Positions 8,797 to 19,694 of a DNA stretch of 55,206 nt are shown here, piece by piece. The notes beneath the pieces are model-generated. The model did no database searches. It was not told the origin of the DNA and worked only from the letters and a program-made list of their open reading frames with translations. A program made the translations under genes and the position numbers. This DNA is from Candidatus Bathyarchaeia archaeon (GTDB lineage Archaea; Thermoproteota; Bathyarchaeia; Bathyarchaeales; Bathycorpusculaceae), in NCBI GenBank assembly GCA_037481775.1, contig JBBFKZ010000011.1, positions 1-55,206 of the forward strand, read 5' to 3'. Position 1 is the stretch's first letter. Every line of letters begins with the position of its first letter.

Positions 8797-8946
8797 ATAA
8801 TAGACTTGCCACAAATTTTAGAACATAAAAACAGAAAACATATTTTTTCAGCGGAAAACGCGGCCTTCTGAGTGAAAAAAAGAATTAAAACAAAAACAAA
8901 GAATTAGGCAGAAGCCGATTTACGGTGATTCTGCACGTTTATCTTT

Positions 8947-10959
8947 TTATCTTCGCCTTTGAATTATTAGAAAAGCCACCACGACCACGATGACAACGCC
9001 GACAACTGCAAAGGTGATGGTCAACCATGACAAGTCTGTTGAACCCTCAGTTTTTAAAAGCACGGGTGTGCACATAGCAGTTCCGCCTGCGGTCACTGTA
9101 ACCTCTTCCGTTACTGGCTCATATCCGCTCTTGCTTATCTCAATAAGATAGTTTCCTGCTGTAACATCTTTGAAAGACACGTATCCTTGAATATCTGTAG
9201 TGCCGTTTAAGGGGCTTGCTCCACGCGGCTCCGATATGGAAATAACACTTGCTTCGCTTACTGGGTTCCCCTCAGTGTCTTTAACAAACACGTCAAGAGT
9301 TCCTGTACGAATGGTAGGCACCACCTTAACTTGGATGCTGCTATTGCCTGTCGTATATCCAGTCTTAGAGGCATTTATAGAAATCGTGCACACTGTATCC
9401 TTCGTCACTTTAGGCGCATTAAACACACAAACGTAATAACCATCTTTTTCATCAGATACTGCGGAAAAGTTTCCGCCCTTATCTGAAGAAAACTTGATTG
9501 TAGCGCCAGGCGCAGGAGCAAGACCACTATATGTAACATAGATTCGCAAGGTTGCCTGTGCACTGGAGTTAACAGGATTCGGCTCAGCAGTAGCTGAAAT
9601 GGTTAAAGTATACTTGTCTATAAGACTAACTGTCATAGAGGCTTGTCCCGCCGTATAACCTGAAGTTTGAGCGGTTATGGTTGTTGAGCCCGCTGCATAC
9701 ATCGAACTGAATTTAGCAACAGCAAAAGTTTCGCCAAAAGGAATAACCACTTCTGAAGCGACGTCACCTATATCTGTTTTAGAAGAGAACAAGCTGACTT
9801 TGATGGCGTCAACTGGATCGCTCGCAGGGTTACCAGATGAATCCTGAAGCTGAACCACAACAGCATTATAGGATTGACCATCCGCAGGCAAGCTTGAAGG
9901 GGCACAGAACACAGCAAGTTTTGTCGGCACATAGCCAACTGTGGTTATTGAGGCTTGACTGCTTGTATAGCCTGGGGCTGCCGCCGTTATGGTTGTTGTG
10001 CCTGGCCGATATTTTGAATATAACTTTGCCATGGAGTAGGTAGTGCCGGCACTTATAATCACAGAGGAATCCACTGTTCCTATATCTGTTTCAGATGAGG
10101 ACAAACTTATTGATTGGCTTGAAAGCACACATGCCAATTTGCCATTAGCATCTTGAAATTGAACCACAATCATATTATAGGCAGCACCATCAGCAGGCAC
10201 CTTTGATGGGCCAACATAAATCTTCAGCTTTACAGGATTTGTGTTGACGGGTTCAGTTTTAATTGTTAGTTGCCCTGAGGTGTAGCCTGAAGCAATCGCA
10301 GTGATCACGGTTGACCCAACATTACTTGCAAAGAAACTAGCGGTAGCGTACGTGCTTCCAGCGCTTATGGTAACGCTAGATGCAACAGTGCCTACAGTAG
10401 TATTCGAAGATGATAAGGTTACAACGATGCCGCCAAGAGGAGCCCTCGCGGGTACGCCTGCTGCATCTTGAAGCTGAACCACCACTGCTTCGTAACTTTG
10501 TCCGTTTGCTGGAAGAACAGGCGGTAATCCGTAGACCACGAGTTTAGACGGAACAGGCCCAACTGTGGTTATTGAGGCTTCAACAGTTGCAAATCCAGAT
10601 GCCGTAGCAGTTATTTTTGTCGTGCCAGGCGTATAGGTTGAGTAAAACTTGGCTTTAGCATAAGTTTCGCCTTTCTGTATGGTGATTGTTGAATCAATGG
10701 AGCCAACGTCAGTCTGCGAGGAGGATAAGGATATGGTGATGCTGTCAGAAGCCCGTGCAGGATTATTTTTTGAATCTTGCAACTGAACAAAAATAACTTC
10801 ATACGCTTTGTTGTCAGCAGGCACCTTCGTTGGAGCCACATAAATTTTCAGTTTTGCAGGTTCAGATGTTTGTGCGCTTACATCAAAGTGAACCGCGATT
10901 TGAGCAACTACCAATATGATAAGAAATAGCAAGGTTGTACGGAATACTCTTTTGGACAT
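8947..10959 (-). CDS. Membrane-anchored cell-surface protein with Ig-like repeats and a carboxypeptidase-regulatory/PEGA-like domain
   Basis: Signal peptide; repeated KL..Y..P..(V/L)PA....Y....VQ(L/F)QD units; G.Y.I..SK.GY; C-terminal TM followed by RRR. Confidence 0.85.
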   Translation of the reverse strand: MSKRVFRTTLLFLIILVVAQIAVHFDVSAQTSEPAKLKIYVAPTKVPADNKAYEVIFVQLQDSKNNPARASDSITISLSSSQTDVGSIDSTITIQKGETYAKAKFYSTYTPGTTKITATASGFATVEASITTVGPVPSKLVVYGLPPVLPANGQSYEAVVVQLQDAAGVPARAPLGGIVVTLSSSNTTVGTVASSVTISAGSTYATASFFASNVGSTVITAIASGYTSGQLTIKTEPVNTNPVKLKIYVGPSKVPADGAAYNMIVVQFQDANGKLACVLSSQSISLSSSETDIGTVDSSVIISAGTTYSMAKLYSKYRPGTTTITAAAPGYTSSQASITTVGYVPTKLAVFCAPSSLPADGQSYNAVVVQLQDSSGNPASDPVDAIKVSLFSSKTDIGDVASEVVIPFGETFAVAKFSSMYAAGSTTITAQTSGYTAGQASMTVSLIDKYTLTISATAEPNPVNSSAQATLRIYVTYSGLAPAPGATIKFSSDKGGNFSAVSDEKDGYYVCVFNAPKVTKDTVCTISINASKTGYTTGNSSIQVKVVPTIRTGTLDVFVKDTEGNPVSEASVISISEPRGASPLNGTTDIQGYVSFKDVTAGNYLIEISKSGYEPVTEEVTVTAGGTAMCTPVLLKTEGSTDLSWLTITFAVVGVVIVVVVAFLIIQRRR

Positions 10960-11236
10960 TTTTTAATCCCTTTGAACAAAGTTTTCGGTCTCGAGCTTAT
11001 ATTAACATTATGAACCCACAATTCAAATTGTTTTTCAACAAGTTGCCCGGCAAGATTCAAAATTTTAGAAGTGGTTGATTACGCTTTTCCTTTTAAACTA
11101 TGGTTACTGTTTATTGTTGAATTTTCATCAGTAGCTAATTCATGTTTTAAACTTCGACTACGTTGAATATGGCAAGTTTGCTATGATATTTCTGTTGTCG
11201 GAATACTTTTTAGCTTAAACAGGCAAAGTAGTAGAC

Positions 11237-11668
11237 ATGTCTTCAGTTAAGCATATGGTTTTGGAATGGCATGGCAACTATCGTTTAGAGGCTAAAAACG
11301 AGAAAGGTCTAGCAGTAAAGTTTGACGCGCCAAAAGTTTATGGTGGCGAAGAAACCGCGCTGTCACCCATGGAAAACGTCTTGGCAAGTTTAGCTGCATG
11401 CAGCAGCTTTCATGTTTTGACCATTTTGCGGAAGAAAAGACAGAAGGTTACTGGCTATTCTGTGGAGGCAACTGCGGAAAGAAGAGAAGATCCGCCGCCG
11501 AGAGTTTTTACACGAATACATCTCAAGTATAAAGTAAAAGGCGAAAACATTAACCCAGAGGCAGTGGAAACAGCCATAAAACTCTCAGAAGAAAAATACT
11601 GCTCTGTAGGCGGCATGCTAAAGAAAGCTGTTGATATAACTTCATCTTTTGAAATTATAAACGAGTAA
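11237..11668 (+). CDS. OsmC family protein (YhfA-like)
   Basis: SPME..LASLAACS, LSEEKYCSV. Confidence 0.92.
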   Translation: MSSVKHMVLEWHGNYRLEAKNEKGLAVKFDAPKVYGGEETALSPMENVLASLAACSSFHVLTILRKKRQKVTGYSVEATAERREDPPPRVFTRIHLKYKVKGENINPEAVETAIKLSEEKYCSVGGMLKKAVDITSSFEIINE

Positions 11669-11742
11669 GCCAGCCGTAAAAAAAGCAAGTAGGCTTTGAT
11701 TAAATAGCCATTTTTTCTGCCTTTCACTCCGAATTGCAACTG

Positions 11743-14412
11743 CTATTTTTTGGAGAAGATAATTTTGTTGTTTACTTTGTCATAGTCTACTAAAACCGAG
11801 GAGCCGCGAGTGATGTTGCCTGAAAGGATTTCTTGGGCAAGAGGCGTTTCTATTTCATTCTGGATTTGCCGACGTAGTTCTCTTGCGCCAAACTCGGGGG
11901 CATAGCCCAATTCTGCTAATCTGTTTATTACTTCACCGCTGAATTCTAATTCGATTCCTTGTCCTTTGGCTGTACGTTTTACTCTTTCAAGCTGCAACTG
12001 AACTATCATTTTGATTTGCTCCTTAGTTAACGCGTGGAAAATGATGATTTCATCAATTCGATTCAAGAATTCTGGCTTGAAATGCTGCCGAAGTATCGTC
12101 ATTAACTCTTTCTTGAGCTCCTCATAGGACTTTGGATTCTGGACCGTTAGATTTTCCTGTATAAGCCGAGAGCCTATGTTGCTAGTTGCAATAATTATAG
12201 TGTTGGTGAAGTCTACAACCCTGCCTTTTCCATCCGTCAAACGTCCGTCATCAAAAACTTGCAGCAGAATGTTATAAACATCTGGATGCGCCTTTTCTAT
12301 TTCATCCAATAGCACTACGGAGTACGGTCTTCTACGTACCATCTCAGTTAATTGCCCGCCTTCTTCATAGCCGATATAACCTGGAGGCGCACCTACTAAT
12401 CGACTAACCGAATGGCGCTCCATGTACTCGGACATGTCAATTCTCACAAGTGCATTTTCATCTCCGAAAACAACCCATGCTAACGCCTTAGCCAATTCCG
12501 TTTTGCCCACACCTGTGGGACCTAAAAATAGGAACGTGGCGATTGGACGTTTACCTTCTGTAAGTCCTGCGCGGTTACGCAGTATTGCATCAGAAACTGC
12601 CCTTATTGCTTCATCCTGACCAACAATCCGCTCATGCAGTTTATCTTTAAGCTTAAGAAGCTTCTCTCTTTCTTCTTGCGTAAGCTCTGTTACAGGGATG
12701 CCTGTAAGCTTAGAAATCACTTCAGCAATATGCTGGCGTTTAACTTCTGCGGTAGTTACGCCGCGCTCTCTCCGCCATTTCTCCTCAATTTCCAAACGTT
12801 GCTTTTCTAACTTCAAAATTTCCTGCCCTAATTTGTTTACGTCTTCAAATTTTTTGTGGGCTAAAGCAAATTCGCGTTCACGCTTTAAGGCGCTTATCTT
12901 ATCATCTAACGCCTTTACCTCAGTAGGCCTGGAGTTGATGCCAATTCTAACTCGCGCAGCTGCCTGATCAATTAGGTCAATGGCTTTGTCAGGCAAGAAC
13001 CGGTTGGTTATATATCGATCAGCCAATTCTGCGGCTGCAACGATGGCTTCATCCGTGATCTTTACCTTGTGATGCGCCTCATAACGATCGCGAAGACCCC
13101 GTAGTATTTCAATTGTCTGCGCTACTGTGGGCTCAGAAACAAACACCGGTTGAAAACGCCTTTCAAGGGCTGCGTCCTTCTCAATATATTTTTGATATTC
13201 ATTCAACGTGGTTGCGCCAATCAAGTGCAACTCGCCACGGGCCAAATGGGGTTTAATTATTTGGGATACATCCAAGCCGCCCTCCTCGCTTGTGCCTCCT
13301 GCTTTGATTATCGTGTGCAGCTCATCCACGAAAAGAATTAGTTCGTCTTTATGTGCGATGACTTCTTCGATTACCTGCTTGATACGCTCTTCGAATTCAC
13401 CGCGGTACTTGGAACCTGCAACCAGCGAGTTAATGTTAAGCTCCACAACCCGCTTGCCTTGAAGCGCTTCTGGAACTTCCCCGTTCACTATTCGCTGCGC
13501 TAAACCTTCCACAATAGCAGTTTTACCTACACCAGGCTCCCCGATTAACACTGGATTATTCTTAGTTCTACGCGATAGAATCTCAATAGTAGTTTCAATT
13601 TCTTCAGCGCGACCAATAACTGGGTCCAGCTTTCCTTCCCGCGCTAACTTCGTCAAATCCCTAGAGTACTTATCAAGGTTTGGTGTGGTGCTCTTGACTT
13701 CGACACGACCGTCTTGGGCGCCTTTACCTACAACCTTAAGTATCTGCTGGCGTACACTTTCAGGCGTCAGCCCGTACTTGCGTAATAAGTCGCCGGCCAT
13801 TCCATCTTCTTCTTCAATAAGACCAACAAGCAAGTGCTCGGGACCTATGTAACTGTGGCCAAGCTCTTGGGCGGCCTGAAATGCAAGCTCAAGCACATTC
13901 TTTATTCTAGGCGATATGTTAAGTTGCTTAATTTTTTCTGCGCCTGCCTCTTTCTTCCCTTTTGGCGCGTTGTTTTCAATATAATTTTTAATTTCTTCAG
14001 CGCTAAGCCTGAATTGCCTATAAATTTCCTTAATCACATCGCTGTTAGAAATGGAATAAAGCAGGTGCTCAGTGTCTATCTCATCACGTTTGAAATTTAA
14101 TGCAACTTGCGCTGAATCTTGTATAAGCTCCTTGGCATGTTCAGACAAGTACTGATCAATGTCTACGGCTTCACGATGACGCGGCAAAGGGTAACCTATC
14201 CTTGAAGAAAATTCGTCAAAACCTTCTGGTTCAGAGAAGAAATCATCAAAAATGCTGCCAAACATGCGCTCAAATGGCGAAAACGATCTTTGAGTTAGTA
14301 ACTGTAAATCATAATCGCAGACATTCAAAACTTTCTTTTTGCCATGCTCAATTACTGTAACTTGCTCAGTGGCCGGTCTGCGACCGCAAATGTCGCATAT
14401 TTTTGCTGCCAT
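11743..14412 (-). CDS. Clp/Hsp100 AAA+ chaperone, ClpG/ClpK-like, with an N-terminal Zn-binding extension
   Basis: Two AAA modules ([18 protein letters not shown]), Clp-N repeats, short middle domain, N-terminal [10 protein letters not shown]...VCDYD...SPFERMFG; ATG at 14412. Confidence 0.88.
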   Translation of the reverse strand: MAAKICDICGRRPATEQVTVIEHGKKKVLNVCDYDLQLLTQRSFSPFERMFGSIFDDFFSEPEGFDEFSSRIGYPLPRHREAVDIDQYLSEHAKELIQDSAQVALNFKRDEIDTEHLLYSISNSDVIKEIYRQFRLSAEEIKNYIENNAPKGKKEAGAEKIKQLNISPRIKNVLELAFQAAQELGHSYIGPEHLLVGLIEEEDGMAGDLLRKYGLTPESVRQQILKVVGKGAQDGRVEVKSTTPNLDKYSRDLTKLAREGKLDPVIGRAEEIETTIEILSRRTKNNPVLIGEPGVGKTAIVEGLAQRIVNGEVPEALQGKRVVELNINSLVAGSKYRGEFEERIKQVIEEVIAHKDELILFVDELHTIIKAGGTSEEGGLDVSQIIKPHLARGELHLIGATTLNEYQKYIEKDAALERRFQPVFVSEPTVAQTIEILRGLRDRYEAHHKVKITDEAIVAAAELADRYITNRFLPDKAIDLIDQAAARVRIGINSRPTEVKALDDKISALKREREFALAHKKFEDVNKLGQEILKLEKQRLEIEEKWRRERGVTTAEVKRQHIAEVISKLTGIPVTELTQEEREKLLKLKDKLHERIVGQDEAIRAVSDAILRNRAGLTEGKRPIATFLFLGPTGVGKTELAKALAWVVFGDENALVRIDMSEYMERHSVSRLVGAPPGYIGYEEGGQLTEMVRRRPYSVVLLDEIEKAHPDVYNILLQVFDDGRLTDGKGRVVDFTNTIIIATSNIGSRLIQENLTVQNPKSYEELKKELMTILRQHFKPEFLNRIDEIIIFHALTKEQIKMIVQLQLERVKRTAKGQGIELEFSGEVINRLAELGYAPEFGARELRRQIQNEIETPLAQEILSGNITRGSSVLVDYDKVNNKIIFSKK

Positions 14413-14580
14413 AAACAATCACACTATTCACAAATAATTCATATTAAACATAAGTTACCTATCCAAAATATAAACGTGCCTTAAGTGTGTTATGACACCT
14501 GCGTGTTGATGTTTCATTTTCTAGGGCATAACTGAGTGATAAATACAAAAACCTTGTAAAGGATAAGTGAATTATATCTA

Positions 14581-16185
14581 ATGGCGAGTGAGCGTATGAA
14601 ACAGCGACTTGCTTTTTACGTTACGCTCACAACAATATTATGCATCTATTCTATTACCACATGCAATTTTCCACTTGCAACTGGATGTTATGGTCCGCAT
14701 ATAACCGCAGAAATAAGCGCGACGGAAGCATACATAAACGAGAACATCACTGTAACAGGAAAAATTTGTCCTGCGGCGCCAAATGTAACTGTAAGAGTAA
14801 CCTTTACCAGACCCGACTACACATGGATAGACCAATACGTCACCGCTGACGCAGAAACAGGCGAATTTACAGTTACCCAAACATTGGATATGATTGGATA
14901 CTGGAATATATTTCCAATCTACGGTCACCTCTGCGACCGCTTATACGTGAACGTGACTGACCCCGCGGATCCGCTGGCGCCGTTGCCAATGCCCACCTTA
15001 CCGCCGTATAGGCCTAATGTGCCGCTTGTGACGGTAACCGCCATCTCAATAAGCGTCGGCGTGGTAGCCGTAACTACGGGAAGAAAAAATAAAACGAGAA
15101 ATGTAAGCTCACTGAGGCTGTTTGTCCAAATAGGCATGGTGTTCCTAATATTCTTCGGCATGTTCATTGACCATCGAATTATACCCGTGCCCGCAGAGCA
15201 GATTACGCCACATGAGTACCTTGTTGTAACAAACGTTTTCGGCATCTCAATGCCCGACGGCTTCCCAGTGCCATTCTTCGGATGCTACTACCCATGCGGG
15301 AAAACAGTAACTTGTGCGCTCTGGGAACTTCAAACATACCTATACCCATTCTGGGACACTGGACGCGGATGGGGAGTAGAATATGTTTTCCATGGCATAA
15401 TGAGGTTAGCCGTTGTCCTAGGTGCATTACTAATATTATCGCTCCTTCTTGGAAAATTCTTTTGCGGCTGGATCTGTCCCTTCGGCTTATACATGGATAT
15501 ACTGTCTCGATTTAGAAAAACGCTAAGGATAGAGCATCGAACCTTTTCAGAACACTTCAACGAGAAGTTCCATCAAATAGGCTACGTGATTTTGGCGCTC
15601 ATCATAATTTTAAGCGTCATATTTGGCTCTCAAGCAATATTCGGCGCTCAACTGGTGCCTGGAACAGAAAAAGGCGGCTTCATCTACACTTACTTTTCTG
15701 CGCCTTTCTGCCAAGTCTGCCCGATGAAGCCACTCTGCGTAATGCTGCAAGCATCAGTAGGCCTTATGCGTCCCGAATGGCTCACCGAAAACACAACAGG
15801 CAAATTCTACCAATTGGGCATGTATCTGACCTCACTGAATCTATTCGTGCTAGGTCTGGTGACTGTTGCCGCCTTCTTCTATAGACGCGTATGGTGCAGA
15901 ATATGCCCTCTCGGCGCCTTAATCGCCTTGTTCAGTCGTTTCCCGCCATTCAAATATTTTTCAGGTTTTCGCTTGGAAAAAGTGGAAGAAAAATGCACAA
16001 AATGCGGTATCTGCAGACGTGTCTGCCCTACGCAGGTAACGGATGTGTATGAAAAAAACGGCGGCGATGTGAATAGCCCTAACTGCATACTGTGCCTGCG
16101 ATGTGTGGAAATGTGTCCCTATGAAGATACTTTGAAAGCGAAGTTTCTCGGGAAAACAGTGTTTAAATCACGTAATTGGCTATAA
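14581..16185 (+). CDS. NapH/CcoG-like membrane 4Fe-4S protein with an N-terminal extracellular domain
   Basis: FCGWICPFG, WCRICPLG, CTKCGICRRVCP, CILCLRCVEMCP, multiple TMs. Confidence 0.9.
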   Translation: MASERMKQRLAFYVTLTTILCIYSITTCNFPLATGCYGPHITAEISATEAYINENITVTGKICPAAPNVTVRVTFTRPDYTWIDQYVTADAETGEFTVTQTLDMIGYWNIFPIYGHLCDRLYVNVTDPADPLAPLPMPTLPPYRPNVPLVTVTAISISVGVVAVTTGRKNKTRNVSSLRLFVQIGMVFLIFFGMFIDHRIIPVPAEQITPHEYLVVTNVFGISMPDGFPVPFFGCYYPCGKTVTCALWELQTYLYPFWDTGRGWGVEYVFHGIMRLAVVLGALLILSLLLGKFFCGWICPFGLYMDILSRFRKTLRIEHRTFSEHFNEKFHQIGYVILALIIILSVIFGSQAIFGAQLVPGTEKGGFIYTYFSAPFCQVCPMKPLCVMLQASVGLMRPEWLTENTTGKFYQLGMYLTSLNLFVLGLVTVAAFFYRRVWCRICPLGALIALFSRFPPFKYFSGFRLEKVEEKCTKCGICRRVCPTQVTDVYEKNGGDVNSPNCILCLRCVEMCPYEDTLKAKFLGKTVFKSRNWL

Positions 16186-16208
16186 TACCTTGAGTGAGGC
16201 TGTAAGAA

Positions 16209-17135
16209 ATGAAACGCGTTGTGGTCCTAGTCTTCCTTCTGTTGCTTCTAACAGCAATGCTGACATTGGGTTTGGCAAGCGCAGCAGTAGCAACCTTGCC
16301 CGTAATTCGCATATTGCCCGACGGTCGTATTGACCCGGCAAACGTGCCGATTCAACGTAACGGTGACGTGTATACCTTTACCGATAATGTTTACGCGCGT
16401 TTGGTCGTAGACAGAGATAACCTTGTAATTGATGGGGCCGGCTATATGCTTCATGGAAACTATAATGGAACACGCACGGACTCTTGGGTTGTGGGTCAAG
16501 GCCCAAACCAGATACCTGACGAACACACCATTCCCTGGTCGATAGGAATAGATTTAGCAAACAAAAATCGCTACAACCTAACAGTTAGGAACCTGAACAT
16601 CAAGAATTTTTATATAGGCATATATGTCTGGACAATGAATAACACCATAACCAACTGCGCAGTTACAGACAACATTGTAGGCATTTTGCTTTCAGGAGAC
16701 TCAAACATCATAACAAGAAATTACATAGCACACAATGAGCAAGGCGTATTCTTTGGCGTAAATCAGCCTGGAAATGAACCCTTAAACATAGTGCTCACAC
16801 ACAATAGCTTCATAGATAACATAGTGCACTTCAGCGGTTGCTTTTGCGAAGAATACAATCCCAATGAGCCTGTGCATACATGGGATAACGGCAAGGAAGG
16901 CAACTACTGGAGCGATTACAATGGCGCAGATGCAGATGGCGACGGCATAGGCGACACCCCCTATGTAATTGACCCGCAGAATCAAGATCGCTATCCACTA
17001 ATTCAAAGCGTTGCCACGCCGCCAATACCTAAGCCGAGCATACCTATTGGAACGATAATCGCAGCCATTGCGATTGCAGCAATCACGATGGCTGTGATGA
17101 TTGGATATAGAAGAAGAAAAACAAAAGCCTCGTGA
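16209..17135 (+). CDS. NosD-like right-handed beta-helix surface protein
   Basis: Signal peptide, IDGAGY.L.G, NN.I..N..GI repeats, WDNG.EGNYWSDY.G.D.DGDGIGDTPY, C-terminal TM. Confidence 0.88.
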   Translation: MKRVVVLVFLLLLLTAMLTLGLASAAVATLPVIRILPDGRIDPANVPIQRNGDVYTFTDNVYARLVVDRDNLVIDGAGYMLHGNYNGTRTDSWVVGQGPNQIPDEHTIPWSIGIDLANKNRYNLTVRNLNIKNFYIGIYVWTMNNTITNCAVTDNIVGILLSGDSNIITRNYIAHNEQGVFFGVNQPGNEPLNIVLTHNSFIDNIVHFSGCFCEEYNPNEPVHTWDNGKEGNYWSDYNGADADGDGIGDTPYVIDPQNQDRYPLIQSVATPPIPKPSIPIGTIIAAIAIAAITMAVMIGYRRRKTKAS

Positions 17136-17165
17136 TTCTGAAAGATTTTGGCAAGATGGTAACAG

Positions 17166-17855
17166 ATGTCGTTAATAATTGAAATGGCGAACCCGTATAT
17201 CGAAGCATTTGCCATTGGACTACTTTACGGTCTCGCGTTTTGCACTTCATCGTGTCTTCCATATGTCGCCAGCTACATCGCAGGAGTCGGCGCTGACTTC
17301 CGTAAAGGAGTAATTATCACGTTAACCTATAACATGGGCCGAGTAGCAGCCTATGCTTTGATTGGAAGTTTAGCAGGCATTCTAAGCAGTATATCCCGAT
17401 TTGTGGTGAATGAAACCATAATCGCCACGCTTCAATACTACGCTTCATACGCGCTGGGAATAGTAACAATCGCCATTGGCGTAAACATACTTCTCAAAGG
17501 CAGAAAAGCCTCGCAAGACTGCACCTTGGAAACTAATGACGCCTATTTGAATAGGCACAACGTAAAAATCGACGCCCATGCTTTCCTGCTTGGTTTCAGC
17601 AGAGGCCTAATAATATGTCCACCATTGGCAATGCTGCTTTTATACGCCATACCTTTCGGCTCGCCCTTTGACGGTAGCATACTCCCAGTTCTGTTTGGCA
17701 TAGGCACTGCCATTTCGCCGATACTCTTGCTGGGCGGTGTCACAGGATGGCTTCTCAACAAAGCATCATTATTCAGAAAAGCAATTTCCATAATGGGTGG
17801 CGTAGCGCTAATACTGCTAGGAATAATCACTTTAGCCAACACAATCGTACACTGA
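17166..17855 (+). CDS. DsbD_2 / CcdA-like cytochrome c biogenesis-type membrane protein
   Basis: C...CLP, YNMGRV..Y, G...CPP, FGIGT; about six TMs. Confidence 0.82.
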   Translation: MSLIIEMANPYIEAFAIGLLYGLAFCTSSCLPYVASYIAGVGADFRKGVIITLTYNMGRVAAYALIGSLAGILSSISRFVVNETIIATLQYYASYALGIVTIAIGVNILLKGRKASQDCTLETNDAYLNRHNVKIDAHAFLLGFSRGLIICPPLAMLLLYAIPFGSPFDGSILPVLFGIGTAISPILLLGGVTGWLLNKASLFRKAISIMGGVALILLGIITLANTIVH

Positions 17856-17916
17856 GCATCATAAGAGGAATAGCGTTTTCCCAAAGTACAGTGTAGCAAA
17901 CGCAGCTGGCAAGAAG

Positions 17917-18159
17917 CTATTGCTTTATTATACAAAGCGCTTTTTCCGCGGTGGAGACGCAGAAAAGTAGGTCGTCAATTGTTGCGAGAAAAGTGGCAAA
18001 GCTTCCATTGATTTTGACTTCTGTCAGCACAAGTTTGCCTTTCCTTACTGTTGCAATGGACAAGCTGCTTGGAGCCTTAAAATTATCTGGAGAAACAGCC
18101 TTAGCTACAGCATCAGCAGTTCGCTCATCAGCGTACTCAAGAGTTATCTGCGCTTCCAA
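17917..18159 (-). CDS. pcc1: KEOPS complex subunit Pcc1
   Basis: A.AVAKAVSPDN ... FLATIDDLL; conserved position after the DHH gene. Confidence 0.85.
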   Translation of the reverse strand: MEAQITLEYADERTADAVAKAVSPDNFKAPSSLSIATVRKGKLVLTEVKINGSFATFLATIDDLLFCVSTAEKALCIIKQ

Positions 18160-19606
18160 GGTCCTCGCCTCTTAACTGCTTACCCACAAGCTCATTAACG
18201 CTTCGTATAAAGTTCTCCACTTGGTCGGTGGGAACCTGTGCACCAGCAGCCACATTGTGGCCTCCTCCTTTTCCGCCATATCTTTCAGATGCTATGCGCA
18301 TGACATCGCCGAGGTTGACGCCTTTGCTGAGTGCTGTCTCGGTTGTTCTGGCCGAAAACTTCGCTGCATTCTCCTTCTCAATGTACGTAAAGGCTATCAG
18401 CGGCTTTTCAGGGTTTTCAAGACTAGAAACAAGTATAGACGAGAGGGTGCCAATCATCTTCTCGTTAATGGAAGATTCACCATAAATAACGTAAATGTGC
18501 TCAAACTCCCGCAGCCTCTCAGGCTTCTCCATCACCCAGCCAAGGTAAGTGTTAATATTTTTCTTGTAGGCTTCCAAAACCTTGTTAGCTTCTTCAAGCG
18601 CATTTCCTCTGTCGCCCATGCAGATGGCTATACCAAGGCTCGGGCGATCCATGCGTCCTGTAGAGTTCAGCATCAAAGCAAATTCGCGGCCGTCTCTGAG
18701 CGGCGTCCAAGGCTCTTCACGGTTTAAAACGTACACGTTTCCTATAAGGTTTGACACCTCAGCATGTAAGCCTCTTGAAATTAAGTAATCTGCAAGCGCC
18801 GAGCAAAGCCGTTTTTTCTCGTCATCGGTAAGGTCACGAAGCGCTCGCCACCGTTCACCCTCTTTAAGTTTAATATCCAAGCTTGCAAGAAAAGCTAAAC
18901 ATTTGTCTTCTTCTCCGCTTAAACCTGGAAGAAACGGGCTGGTCGAGGAAGCAAGCGCCTTGTGAATTGGACGCGTTTCTCTGCCGAAAAAAGTTAAATC
19001 CTTCTCCACCGTAACCAGCCCAGCCTTAACAGCATCCTCAACTATTAACTGGTTCAAACCGCAAAGTTTTCTCTCCTCGTTCTTGTCCTGCAAGTCGCCG
19101 AGAGCGCCGACAATCGCAATAGGCGCCAAATCCACATTTTCCATGCTAACAGCTTTAGCCACAAAATAGGCAACGCCGGAACCGCTGACTTCTGTTGCAC
19201 CATCTATGCCCTGCAAATGCGGATTAACATGGAAAAAATTGCCATTATCAACAGCTTCTCCAGTTACTTGATGATGATCCAAAATTAGCACTTTAAAATC
19301 AGAAACTTTATCACTAAGCAGATCAAGGTACCCGCTGCCAAAATCTGTCAAAATCACCAACTGTGGTTTATCTGCAAGAACGGCGCCTATAATTTTCTCG
19401 TCAACCCACTGCATAACGCGTACTCTAAAACGGGCATCAAGCCGAAACAAGGCTTTTCCGATTATGCCCGCAGCTGACACGCCATCGGCATCTAAATGCG
19501 AAAAAACTTGAATAAAACCATCTTTCTCCACAGTTTCCAAAATAACCTTCGCTGCTTCAGCAGCTGAAGCTAAAAAACTTTCAACTGGTGATTGCGCAGT
19601 AGCCAT
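18137..19606 (-). CDS. DHH-family phosphoesterase (RecJ/Cdc45-like)
   Basis: SHLDADG, TDFGSG, LDHH, GALGDLQ, GGGHNVAAGA. Confidence 0.93.
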   Translation of the reverse strand: MATAQSPVESFLASAAEAAKVILETVEKDGFIQVFSHLDADGVSAAGIIGKALFRLDARFRVRVMQWVDEKIIGAVLADKPQLVILTDFGSGYLDLLSDKVSDFKVLILDHHQVTGEAVDNGNFFHVNPHLQGIDGATEVSGSGVAYFVAKAVSMENVDLAPIAIVGALGDLQDKNEERKLCGLNQLIVEDAVKAGLVTVEKDLTFFGRETRPIHKALASSTSPFLPGLSGEEDKCLAFLASLDIKLKEGERWRALRDLTDDEKKRLCSALADYLISRGLHAEVSNLIGNVYVLNREEPWTPLRDGREFALMLNSTGRMDRPSLGIAICMGDRGNALEEANKVLEAYKKNINTYLGWVMEKPERLREFEHIYVIYGESSINEKMIGTLSSILVSSLENPEKPLIAFTYIEKENAAKFSARTTETALSKGVNLGDVMRIASERYGGKGGGHNVAAGAQVPTDQVENFIRSVNELVGKQLRGEDLGSADNS

Positions 19607-19694
19607 GTGGATTCACTCTATGTCTAAAGAGCACATCGAGATTTTAAAGCTGACGTTACATTTTGCACGGCGATTAACATGGAAAAAGAGAAAA

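Noticed and set aside
16209-17135. NosD-like plus NapH-like genes as evidence of denitrification
   Set aside because: No nosZ or napA is in the window, and NosD-like repeats are common in archaeal surface proteins
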